Virus record (IMG/VR): IMGVR_UViG_3300025905_000003
Coordinates: 2,358-66,357 of that record
Origin: a virus
Lineage: Duplodnaviria; Caudoviricetes
Strand: one strand, 5' to 3'
DNA length: 64,000 nucleotides
Shown here: positions 1-7,311 of the stretch, piece by piece
Position numbering within the stretch: the first letter of the stretch is position 1
Layout of the letters: each line of letters opens with the position of its first letter
Notes under the pieces: generated by a model
The model's input: only the letters and a program-made list of their open reading frames with translations
Told to the model about the DNA's origin: nothing
Databases searched by the model: none
Made by a program: the position numbers and the translations under genes

Positions 1-161
1 CGGCAATCGCGTTGCTTAACTTCACCTGAGGCGATTTTAGTTGCTAGATCAACCACAAAGTCCAACCCATAAGCTTCGATCATAGCGTTTAGATCATACT
101 CAATAGTGAAGATGCGAGCGCGGTAGCCCTTGGCTTTGCTGATACCTTTTGCGCGTGCCAT
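1..161 (-). CDS. hypothetical early protein, runs off the window edge (MARAKGISKAKGYRARIF...)
   Basis: ATG at 161 preceded by AGAGGG SD; frame open to position 1. Confidence 0.55.
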   Translation of the reverse strand, partial: MARAKGISKAKGYRARIFTIEYDLNAMIEAYGLDFVVDLATKIASGEVKQRDC

Positions 162-191
162 TGTCGTGTTCCCTCTAGGTTTGTATATAAC

Positions 192-341
192 TCAATAATA
201 CTGTTTGCCGTTGATGTCAACAACTATGTACTTATACCCACCATAAATATTATCTAACTTGTCGGCCCGTGCGCGTGCGCGCTTAAGGGTTTGGTAGCAA
301 CCCATCCGAGCCTTAGTTGTGCGATCGATCACAAAGAACAT
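192..341 (-). CDS. small hypothetical early protein (MFFVIDRTTK...ADKLDNIYGGYKY)
   Basis: ORF track 192..389; the better start is ATG 341 behind an AGAGGG SD. Confidence 0.6.
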   Translation of the reverse strand: MFFVIDRTTKARMGCYQTLKRARARADKLDNIYGGYKYIVVDINGKQYY

Positions 342-378
342 AGTTTGCTTCCCTCTTAGCTGGTTACAGCGTAGCTGT

Positions 379-483
379 TTAGATGACATAGACCATACGG
401 GCTATGTGGTTGGCTTCGCTAGTCTTAACGCCACACGCGCGGAGCACAAAGAAAACTAGCAGATATAGGTGATTGCGGCGCAT
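379..483 (-). CDS. 34-aa hypothetical protein (MRRNHLYLLVFFVLRACG...)
   Basis: Read by hand; GAGGGAG SD before ATG 483, TAA at 379-381. Confidence 0.45.
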   Translation of the reverse strand: MRRNHLYLLVFFVLRACGVKTSEANHIARMVYVI

Positions 484-618
484 CGGTGTTCTCCCTCGGT
501 CGAATCAATCTTACTATTAGACAGTAACACAGTTGTATATAACTTGACAAGCAAAATTATGGGCGTTGATTATAATTGTTTGGCGTGAGCCGATTTGGGG
601 GCATGTTGCATGCGCGAG

Positions 619-915
619 GTGACAGAAAGTGCAAGTGACACATTGCTATATTACTCCTCCGGCAAAATATGCCTGTATTCTCCCTTTGTTCTTCATTAAC
701 TCTTATATAAGACTACTTTTTACCTTAAATAGTAAAATATGTGTCACTTGCTGTCACTTCACTTTGAATAGCCGCTGTTTATAAGGGTTTCTTTGAGGTG
801 ACAGATCCGGCGCGAGCGCGTCACTCGTGACAGAAGACGTGTCACCAAGTTTAGAACTGTTCTAAAAAGAGGTGACGCAGTGACACAATGCATTTTTGTT
901 AGACTAATGTGTCAC
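619..915. repeat. cluster of 11 GTGAC/GTCAC pentamers with a 13-bp inverted repeat
   Basis: GTGAC at 619, 635, 798, 827, 872, 880; GTCAC at 743, 753, 820, 841, 911; GCAAGTGACACAT 631-643 inverted at 739-751; TTTAGAAC-T-GTTCTAAA palindrome 850-866. Confidence 0.85.
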
Positions 916-970
916 TCGCCTTTTTGAACAATGTATTTGGTGCACTGCAATAATATGTTTTAATGTCCCA

Positions 971-1434
971 CTCGTATATACAACTAATGGGTTTTTACAC
1001 ATTATAATGTATATACAACTCACAACTATTGCGCTCGAGTTGTATATACAACCGTTGTCAAATCACATTAACGTGATGCTGCAGTGCAACTTTCCATAAC
1101 GTATGTTATGCGAATGGCGATCAATTTATTGTGATAATAGTTAATAACATATTAATACTGTGCCACATGAGTTGTATATACAACTCGCGTCAAATCACAT
1201 TAAAGTGATAAAAACCAGTTATTATTCTCTTGACTTGGCTTTTATGTTGTAACACAGCAACACAGTGTATATACAACTCGTGCTGCTGCGTTGCACAATT
1301 GTATATACAATTCGCATAATATGGATTATGTAAAATTGTAGATGCAATACCGCATTGCGAGATCACATATATTTGATAATATTGCGCTGCAGCATCACAA
1401 TAATGTGATTTGACATTAGATGTATATACAACTC
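971..1434. repeat. array of 7 palindromic GTATATAC-core sites (consensus GTTGTATATACAAC) including a 41-bp unit in 2 direct and 1 inverted copies
   Basis: 14-mers at 971, 1006, 1039, 1171, 1264, 1298, 1419; 41-bp unit at 1037-1077, 1169-1209 and inverted at 1394-1434. Confidence 0.9.
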
Positions 1435-1506
1435 GTGTGGTATAAATGCAATAGTCAAGTAAAAAGTGAAGTTTTATATGCAACTCGAAAAAGAAAAAAA
1501 GGTAGA

Positions 1507-1532
1507 CCCCCATCCCCCCCTTAGACCCCCCC
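1507..1532. repeat. poly-C/poly-G tracts (C5-AT-C7-TTAGA-C7)
   Basis: Read directly; TAGACCCCC occurs twice (1503, 1522). Confidence 0.85.
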
Positions 1533-1895
1533 TAGCCAGAAATTTACTAAATCCCGATAGAATGCTTGATAAAAATTTTATCTATACAATAAACGAACCT
1601 ATCCTAAAATATGGTTTTTAGGATAGTCTAACAACCTCTAGACCCTAACTGGACACACTCGATTTTTGTCCACTCTTTACATTACGACGACGAATCCCTC
1701 TTGCAACCTATAGAGAGCTGTGGTAGCAACAAGGCGTGAACCCACAGGTATTAGATGTCGGGGCACCAAAACAAACATGGGAACCATGTGTCGGAGTAGT
1801 ATTGTGCCTGAGCAGACCCAGATGGAACAAAGTCGAGGCACCTTGCCTAAAGGTGGTAGATTAGGCGTGACAACTAACTTCAACCGGAGAATACC

Positions 1896-2495
1896 ATGTT
1901 TGACGGTACAAACGTAAGGTTAGAAGCTATAGCTAAGTCTATAGTGACAATGCTACATAAGGATGACTATAACGCAGGAATGCATTTTCACGAGGTAAAA
2001 AGTAAACTAAACAAAGAAGAGTGGGTTAATCTTATAAAGCTTCTAGAAAAAGAGATTACGGAGGATAGGATAGATAGGTTATTGACTATCTTCGAAAATT
2101 GGAATGCATCAATGTCTAATCCTAAATTGAGGGTTATAATAAGAAAGGATATGAATTTTACGATAAAGCATTCAAATCCAGATCAGATAATTAGGCTGGT
2201 AGAATCAGGTATTTTAAAATCAACTGATTGCCACGATGAATATAGGATTAAGATTAGGGAAGATAGTTTGGGGGTAGATCCAGCTAGGGACGTATTATGG
2301 AATGAGAAAGATGGTGTGTTTGGTAGAGGGATATCTAGTACCGGCAGTGGCTTAATGAATTTAGAGATGTTAGAAATGAAATATAAAAAGAAAGAAGACA
2401 TACCTAATTTATCTAGGTTAGAAACTCACGGCATGCAATTAAAAAGGTTATTAGAGAGGTTTGAAGAGTTAATGGAAAAAATAAATAAGAAATAG
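1896..2495 (+). CDS. hypothetical protein, 199 aa
   Basis: ORF with GGAGA SD; followed by a hairpin terminator. Confidence 0.75.
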   Translation: MFDGTNVRLEAIAKSIVTMLHKDDYNAGMHFHEVKSKLNKEEWVNLIKLLEKEITEDRIDRLLTIFENWNASMSNPKLRVIIRKDMNFTIKHSNPDQIIRLVESGILKSTDCHDEYRIKIREDSLGVDPARDVLWNEKDGVFGRGISSTGSGLMNLEMLEMKYKKKEDIPNLSRLETHGMQLKRLLERFEELMEKINKK

Positions 2496-2502
2496 ATAAA
2501 CA

Positions 2503-2525
2503 AGGGAGTAGTGCGATTACTCCCT
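2503..2525 (+). terminator. hairpin between convergent genes
   Basis: AGGGAGTAGT-GCG-ATTACTCCCT stem (one G-U). Confidence 0.6.
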
Positions 2526-2622
2526 ACCTCACATTCAAAACAGTTACCATAAACCCTGTCACAACAAAAGCAAGTATAATCATACCCGCTACTATTAGTG
2601 CTGTGATTATAACTACTTTCAT
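2524..2622 (-). CDS. 32-aa single-TM peptide (MKVVIITALIVAGMIILAFVVTGFMVTVLNVR)
   Basis: Read by hand; GAGGG/AAGG SD; one hydrophobic helix. Confidence 0.5.
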   Translation of the reverse strand: MKVVIITALIVAGMIILAFVVTGFMVTVLNVR

Positions 2623-2635
2623 CCTTGAGCCCTCG

Positions 2636-2725
2636 TTAGATTAAATTCACAAGATAGATGACAGCTAAGAAGGTAATAACAAAATATATACTTATAAGTA
2701 CTATACCTGTTATGTACCACCACAT
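2636..2725 (-). CDS. 29-aa single-TM peptide (MWWYITGIVLISIYFVITFLAVIYLVNLI)
   Basis: Read by hand; AAGGA SD; hydrophobic. Confidence 0.5.
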   Translation of the reverse strand: MWWYITGIVLISIYFVITFLAVIYLVNLI

Positions 2726-2729
2726 CTCG

Positions 2730-2804
2730 TTAGTCCTTTTGCATGTGCACTATAAACCAAGCTGCTATTGCACCAGCTACTAACGCGAACACATCAAAGC
2801 TCAC
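2730..2804 (-). CDS. 24-aa hydrophobic peptide (GTG start, SFDVFALVAGAIAAWFIVHMQKD)
   Basis: Read by hand; weak SD; packs tightly against the next ORF. Confidence 0.3.
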   Translation of the reverse strand: MSFDVFALVAGAIAAWFIVHMQKD

Positions 2805-2835
2805 ATCTATAAACACAGTGTACTCGTGCTTCATA

Positions 2836-3057
2836 CTACTGATTCCTTAGTATATCTATTTGCTTTTGTTGGTTCTCTACAATCCTGTTTAAGTCTTCTA
2901 TCATCTTTTGTTGGTATTTAACAGTATTTTCTAATACAGAAACTCTAGCCTCTAACTTTGTGCAGCGTTCTTCACATTCTTTAAGTCTCTTAGCTAAGTC
3001 GTAGTTCCTACCTATTAATTCTGCGTTTTCCTTCATTAGTTCTTTTACTTTACTCAT
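2836..3057 (-). CDS. coiled-coil hypothetical protein
   Basis: ORF track; heptad pattern. Confidence 0.7.
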   Translation of the reverse strand: MSKVKELMKENAELIGRNYDLAKRLKECEERCTKLEARVSVLENTVKYQQKMIEDLNRIVENQQKQIDILRNQ

Positions 3058-3068
3058 AGCACCCTCTA

Positions 3069-3257
3069 CTATACCAACTCAGCAGCTAACTGGTTAATCT
3101 TAATAACTATACTGTCCCACTGCGTCATAGATTTTTCTAACTCTTCTATGTATATAAGCATGGTCACTTTGTTAGTAAAAGAGATAGTACTACTACCTCC
3201 ATTAGCGTACTTAACCTTCACAGTGTAGATTAACTTCATTCGAAGCACGCCCTCCAC
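3069..3257 (-). CDS. hypothetical protein
   Basis: ORF track; tightly packed early operon. Confidence 0.6.
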   Translation of the reverse strand: MEGVLRMKLIYTVKVKYANGGSSTISFTNKVTMLIYIEELEKSMTQWDSIVIKINQLAAELV

Positions 3258-3460
3258 TCAGGAGTAGTAATATACACTAAACAATCTCTGGGCATAACTA
3301 GTATAATTAACACCCATGTAACAAGAGCTACTAAACTTAAAATTAAAAAGAGCTTTTCTCTCTTTGGTTGGTACATACCCAGAGCAAAGAACAAACCAGC
3401 TAGACCCATCACAGATATAGCCAGCGACATAAATAAAACTTCAGAGCTTCTAGGTAACAT
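3236..3460 (-). CDS. small two-TM membrane protein
   Basis: ORF track; two hydrophobic segments. Confidence 0.6.
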   Translation of the reverse strand: MLPRSSEVLFMSLAISVMGLAGLFFALGMYQPKREKLFLILSLVALVTWVLIILVMPRDCLVYITTPEWRACFE

Positions 3461-3473
3461 TTAATCCCTCCAT

Positions 3474-3695
3474 CTAATATATCTGCTTCGTAGTATCATC
3501 GGTCTCTCCATTTAATATCTCTATCATTGCTTTGTCTACTGTTAAACCTCTAGGGTTAGTACATTTCTCAAGGGCGGCGCTGGCGGGTAAGTTTTCTTTT
3601 CCACATAGAATACATTTACCCACGAAAGGCATACCTTCACCCTTTATACTAGTTCTTTCTACATAGTGGAACTGCGCCACAGGGAAATCGCTCAT
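3474..3695 (-). CDS. small Cys-containing hypothetical protein (CILC motif)
   Basis: ORF track; GAGGAGGG SD. Confidence 0.7.
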   Translation of the reverse strand: MSDFPVAQFHYVERTSIKGEGMPFVGKCILCGKENLPASAALEKCTNPRGLTVDKAMIEILNGETDDTTKQIY

Positions 3696-3706
3696 ATTAG
3701 TCCCTC

Positions 3707-3726
3707 CTCTTAGCCGGTTACGGCGT
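3707..3726 (-). promoter_or_regulatory. 20-bp intergenic motif, copy 1 (minus strand ACGCCG-TAAC-CGGC-TAAGAG)
   Basis: 19/20 identical to 4882-4901; both lie just upstream of a start codon. Confidence 0.55.
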
Positions 3727-3815
3727 GGTTTTCACCTATGCAGCGCTGTTATAAAAAAGGCTGCGCAGATAAATAACACTGGCAGCCAGATCCAGTCGAG
3801 TTCTATCATCTTTAT

Positions 3816-4076
3816 TTATAAACCTTTAGTCGCCCCCAACACAGACCACATAGAAGTAGTCTGCATATTGGTGATAGCTACTGCGAACTCCCGAGCCGCA
3901 GGAGTAGCATGTCCTTGGCGCTCGCACTCACTAATAAAAGCAGCGGCCAAAGTCTTTAACCTTGTAACAGTCATTAAAGCACTTGGGTTGAACTTGTGCC
4001 TAATAGCTTCTAACGCTGTTTCACTAATCTCTACTTCTTCAGTTTGGCCAACGCCAAAATCAAGAGTTACTTTCAT
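3816..4076 (-). CDS. Acb2/Tad1-like helical-hairpin protein, candidate nucleotide-signal sponge
   Basis: FNPS...LKTLAAAFI...REFAVAITNMQTTSMWSVLGAT resembles the R-x-x-A-x-A-x-T-x-x-[EQ]-x-x-x-MW-x-V-x-x-A motif of this family. Confidence 0.55.
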   Translation of the reverse strand: MKVTLDFGVGQTEEVEISETALEAIRHKFNPSALMTVTRLKTLAAAFISECERQGHATPAAREFAVAITNMQTTSMWSVLGATKGL

Positions 4077-4324
4077 ATTTTTACTCCTACATAGGGGACT
4101 GTTTCTATTGTAATAGTTATTTTCACTTGGTCGTGTTTTTTAAAACCTTCCTCCTCTTTTAATTCTACTTTACCTAGATTAATACCATTGGCCCAGTGCT
4201 CCCAACCGAACAACTCCAGTTGAACCACTTGGTGGTCGACTATAGTTAACTTACCCAAAGGGTATATACCCCATCTTATGAAGGTTAATCCAAACCTTCC
4301 TGAAGGCGATACAGCCGAACACAA
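4073..4324 (-). CDS. hypothetical protein (true start probably the internal TTG of LGKLTIV)
   Basis: ORF track. Confidence 0.5.
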   Translation of the reverse strand: MCSAVSPSGRFGLTFIRWGIYPLGKLTIVDHQVVQLELFGWEHWANGINLGKVELKEEEGFKKHDQVKITITIETVPYVGVKI

Positions 4325-4490
4325 TCGGGGGTATAACCGCCGGCCATGTTACAAGCATACCAACCAAGCATAATCCCGCGATGATCCAGCGATATGTCAT
4401 ACCTTCTTCCAAAGTCATCTTGGGGTTTTCGTCTTTACCTAAGATATCGTCCCAAATGTACATAGGTAATTTCTTTAGGTCTAGACCCAT
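4251..4490 (-). CDS. small membrane protein
   Basis: ORF track; hydrophobic central segment. Confidence 0.6.
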   Translation of the reverse strand: MGLDLKKLPMYIWDDILGKDENPKMTLEEGMTYRWIIAGLCLVGMLVTWPAVIPPIVFGCIAFRKVWINLHKMGYIPFG

Positions 4491-4671
4491 TACGCTTCTC
4501 CATTTGTCTAACGCGACGTCTCATCTCGCGAGTGCGATTATAAACTAAGTGAAATCTACCCTTTCCTCTTTTTACTTTTGGCACATAATAAATAGGGTGA
4601 CCCTTCTTAGTGGTTCCCCACACTTGATGATTACTTATAAACTTGTAGTTGGGCCGCTCGTAGTTAATCAT
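4435..4671 (-). CDS. basic hypothetical protein
   Basis: ORF track; overlaps the upstream stop codon. Confidence 0.55.
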   Translation of the reverse strand: MINYERPNYKFISNHQVWGTTKKGHPIYYVPKVKRGKGRFHLVYNRTREMRRRVRQMEKRNGSRPKEITYVHLGRYLR

Positions 4672-4874
4672 TTCTTTTGTTTCTTTTTACTCAACCCATA
4701 CTCAGCTAATCGCTTAAGTTCTCTTTGGCGCTTAAGTTTGCGCTCGTGCGCCACAGCGGCATGTTCAAGCTTACAATCAGCCATTAGGCAGGTTAGATAT
4801 TCTCCATACCCAGCCCCACAGACTTCACAATAAAAAGGCTCGCCATCGTAGGGATTGGGTATATTGATCATCAT
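4668..4874 (-). CDS. small Cys-rich hypothetical protein (CEVC...C...C)
   Basis: ORF track. Confidence 0.6.
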   Translation of the reverse strand: MMINIPNPYDGEPFYCEVCGAGYGEYLTCLMADCKLEHAAVAHERKLKRQRELKRLAEYGLSKKKQKK

Positions 4875-4881
4875 TTATTTG

Positions 4882-4901
4882 CTCTTAGCCGATTACGGCG
4901 T
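4882..4901 (-). promoter_or_regulatory. 20-bp intergenic motif, copy 2
   Basis: CTCTTAGCCGATTACGGCGT versus CTCTTAGCCGGTTACGGCGT at 3707. Confidence 0.55.
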
Positions 4902-4905
4902 AGCC

Positions 4906-5118
4906 TCATTCTGTTTGGACTTTGCTAGCTAGTTTGTTACAAGTATTACATACTTGCCAGATACCTATGCCGCCCCCCATCATACCATAGCCGTCTAATA
5001 GATCTTTACTACCACACCATGGGCATTTATCTACTTGGCGATTTGGCACAGAGGGATCTTGAGTAGCACTGTCTAAATGTATAGTTATTTTCTTTTCTTC
5101 ATCTTTGATCCAGGGCAT
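4906..5118 (-). CDS. zinc-ribbon protein (CPWC...CNTC)
   Basis: Two CxxC pairs. Confidence 0.65.
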   Translation of the reverse strand: MPWIKDEEKKITIHLDSATQDPSVPNRQVDKCPWCGSKDLLDGYGMMGGGIGIWQVCNTCNKLASKVQTE

Positions 5119-5121
5119 AGC

Positions 5122-5316
5122 TCACCTCAACTGAAACCTACCATCTATAAACACTGCATAGGGTCTAACCCATATCCTATGATCATCTAAGCTTATATAT
5201 ACTACCACTCTTTCGCCGGTGGGCTCATATATAGCATCAACGGTTAGTACTCTATAGAGGTTACCTTTTCTGTGTTTGTATACGCTCCCTACTAATACGT
5301 TTTTTAGTTCAGGCAT
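5122..5316 (-). CDS. DUF1653-family protein
   Basis: YKHRKGNLYRV...TGERVVVY...WVRPY..F pattern. Confidence 0.8.
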   Translation of the reverse strand: MPELKNVLVGSVYKHRKGNLYRVLTVDAIYEPTGERVVVYISLDDHRIWVRPYAVFIDGRFQLR

Positions 5317-5365
5317 AAACTAAGCCCTATCATGAAGTAAGTAGCACTAACGAGCAGAAGGGCTA

Positions 5366-5587
5366 TCATGAGAATGTTTGCTCGTCGAATCTAGCTTTAG
5401 GAGCTTCATTGACTACATGAACTGGATGCCAAGTAGTAGAACCTAAAGCATCATTTTTCCATTGTTGATGAAGAACATTAAAAGTAACTGTATGGTCTGA
5501 ATGTAGTTCTGTGCCGTTTATGGGAAAGAAAGCAAAAAACAAGGTAGGCACAAATCCTGTTTTAATTAAGTGTTGATACAGTTCCAT
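5366..5587 (-). CDS. hypothetical protein (MELYQHLIKTG...)
   Basis: ORF track 5366..5692; likely start ATG 5587 downstream of a promoter and AGGGG SD. Confidence 0.55.
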   Translation of the reverse strand: MELYQHLIKTGFVPTLFFAFFPINGTELHSDHTVTFNVLHQQWKNDALGSTTWHPVHVVNEAPKARFDEQTFS

Positions 5588-5621
5588 ATACTTTTCCCCT
5601 ATAAAAAGTTTCGTCGTTGAC

Positions 5622-5649
5622 ATTATACATATGGAGCAACCAAAGTCAA
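5622..5649 (-). promoter_or_regulatory. sigma70 promoter of the leftward early operon
   Basis: TTGACT-N16-TATAAT on the minus strand. Confidence 0.65.
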
Positions 5650-5654
5650 GTGGT

Positions 5655-5739
5655 GGCGCGGGGCCGTGACTGGTTGCAGATCCAACCTCCAAAGACCTTG
5701 CCCTCCATGGTGGTAGGTAACTCCCGGCGGCTCCGCGCC
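5655..5739 (+). ncRNA. GC-rich three-way-junction RNA/DNA structure just upstream of putative terS
   Basis: 12-bp closing stem 5655-5666/5728-5739 plus two internal hairpins; mismatches are G-U on the plus strand. Confidence 0.45.
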
Positions 5740-5757
5740 TTTATTATATAAAGTCAA

Positions 5758-6231
5758 ATGAAACAGTATAGTAAAAAAAGAAAAAAGCGCTTAGATAGAA
5801 CTGTTACGCTTGCCACAGATGTATTATATACAACTATGGTAGCTTACCATAACGAGCATAAAATATGTTTACAGTATATGATAGACCTCGTTAAGACTAA
5901 CAATACCAACTTACCACAGCTCAAGCAATTATATATGTTAATGAACAAAGCTGGCGAGGTAGCGATAGACTGTGCCCACAAGTTAGCGCCGTATCAGTCT
6001 CCTAAGCTGGAGAGTATAGAGGTAAGGAACCAAGTCGAGCATCGGTTCGTTATACGCTCGCCAGAGAAGGCCAAGTCGATAGAAGAATGGGCTAAGATGA
6101 CTGGTGCCCAAACAATAGACTATGATCCTAACTCAAAGAAAGAAAATACTATACAAGAACCTGTGCCTTCAATACATGACTATGATGAGGAAGCGGATGA
6201 AATAGATACGCAAAAGCGTCTCTATAACTAG
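5758..6231 (+). CDS. putative terminase small subunit
   Basis: A-x-D-x-A-x-K-LAPYQSPKL-x-S-I-E and RFVIRSP...EEW motifs typical of TerS; first gene of the late operon. Confidence 0.6.
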   Translation: MKQYSKKRKKRLDRTVTLATDVLYTTMVAYHNEHKICLQYMIDLVKTNNTNLPQLKQLYMLMNKAGEVAIDCAHKLAPYQSPKLESIEVRNQVEHRFVIRSPEKAKSIEEWAKMTGAQTIDYDPNSKKENTIQEPVPSIHDYDEEADEIDTQKRLYN

Positions 6232-6246
6232 TAGGAGTAAGCTTCC

Positions 6247-6450
6247 ATGGAAGGTCTTATTGCACTTCTTATCTATGTGTGTATCTTAGCCTTAGTTATA
6301 TATTTAGTTATCTGGGTACTGGGTGAACTGGGTATTGCTCTGCCTCCTATGGTAATTAAAATTATCTGGATCATTGTTACTTTGATTGTAATTTTAATGT
6401 TAGTTCAGGCGTTGCCTGGTTTAGGTTTACGCTTTCCAAGAATGGGTTAA
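6247..6450 (+). CDS. small two-TM membrane protein
   Basis: Two long hydrophobic helices; AGGAG SD. Confidence 0.75.
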   Translation: MEGLIALLIYVCILALVIYLVIWVLGELGIALPPMVIKIIWIIVTLIVILMLVQALPGLGLRFPRMG

Positions 6451-6463
6451 CTAGGAGATTTCA

Positions 6464-6736
6464 ATGCCCTACGACCGTCGTCCTGACTTCGCGCCTATAG
6501 CCTTTAATTTTGTTGTTGTCTCAGTCTCGGTTAGTTCCGAGGCGTCGGCCAGGGCTGCGGGCGTAGGGCCATTCGCTGGGTTGTTCTTTAGGACAACTAC
6601 CTCAGTCACAATTGTGAGCCCTGACAATCGTTCGTCCTTGCTTATGAGTGACGTTGCTGCTAACACTACCATATGGATTGCGGGTAACTTCTGCAGTCTA
6701 TTGGCTACCGCAACAGCGGTGTTCGCACTAACGTAA
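6464..6736 (+). CDS. small virion protein, possible divergent head-spike-base paralog
   Basis: Size and beta-rich pattern resemble 7039..7311; AGGAG SD. Confidence 0.5.
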   Translation: MPYDRRPDFAPIAFNFVVVSVSVSSEASARAAGVGPFAGLFFRTTTSVTIVSPDNRSSLLMSDVAANTTIWIAGNFCSLLATATAVFALT

Positions 6737-6745
6737 GGGCAACCA

Positions 6746-7039
6746 ATGGCATCTATCAGTTTCTCGTTTGTGGACAGCACGAACGGTATTAACACTATTT
6801 CTTATGATGTAGACGAGGCAGACATGGCTCGTCTTTATGTTGCTTTCAAAGGGGCCTATAGAGAGCCCTTTGATCCTGAGAAAGAAGAACCTACAGCTGT
6901 TCCTACGCCTAAAGAAGTACTAAATAATCTCTCTAATAGTTTGTTAAATTTTATTCTCAGTAACGTACACGAAATAGAAAAAGACACAGCTTTAGCTAAT
7001 TTAAATATTCAACCTATTAAGGTCAAGGATATCAGATAA
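6746..7039 (+). CDS. hypothetical virion-associated protein
   Basis: ORF track; translationally coupled to the next gene. Confidence 0.7.
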   Translation: MASISFSFVDSTNGINTISYDVDEADMARLYVAFKGAYREPFDPEKEEPTAVPTPKEVLNNLSNSLLNFILSNVHEIEKDTALANLNIQPIKVKDIR

Positions 7040-7311
7040 TGCCCGCCGCTGCTGGACCTACTAACTTCTCAGCTGGGAATGTTACAGCTCCAGCCTATGA
7101 TGGCTTTGTAATTACTCCTAGTAATGCTAATAACTTAGCTACTATGGCTAGAAGTATATATGTAGGTGGCGCGGGTGATGTAGCCTTAACTACTCCCGGT
7201 AATACAGCTTTAACGTTTATAGGCCTGACGGCGGGAAGTATACTACCTGTTATGGCTATTAAAGTATCTTCAACGGGCACAACTGCAACCAATTTAATTG
7301 GACTAGTATGA
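7039..7311 (+). CDS. head spike base protein, RcGTA Rcc01079 family
   Basis: PAYDGFVITPSN...RSIYVGGAGDVAL...F.GL.AGSILPV...V.STGTTAT.LIGL matches the family pattern. Confidence 0.85.
   Translation: MPAAAGPTNFSAGNVTAPAYDGFVITPSNANNLATMARSIYVGGAGDVALTTPGNTALTFIGLTAGSILPVMAIKVSSTGTTATNLIGLV

Noticed and set aside
971-1434. CRISPR array
   Set aside because: Repeat units are short palindromes at irregular spacing and in both orientations, and no cas genes are present
1190-1917. ORFs 1190..1513, 1677..1883 and 1720..1917
   Set aside because: They overlap repeat and control DNA, lack convincing SD sites and have implausible composition
5651-5739. tRNA-like RNA on the minus strand (stem followed by ACCA)
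   Set aside because: No T-arm adjoining the acceptor, no anticodon arm, and the pairings favour the plus strand; ACCA is probably chance
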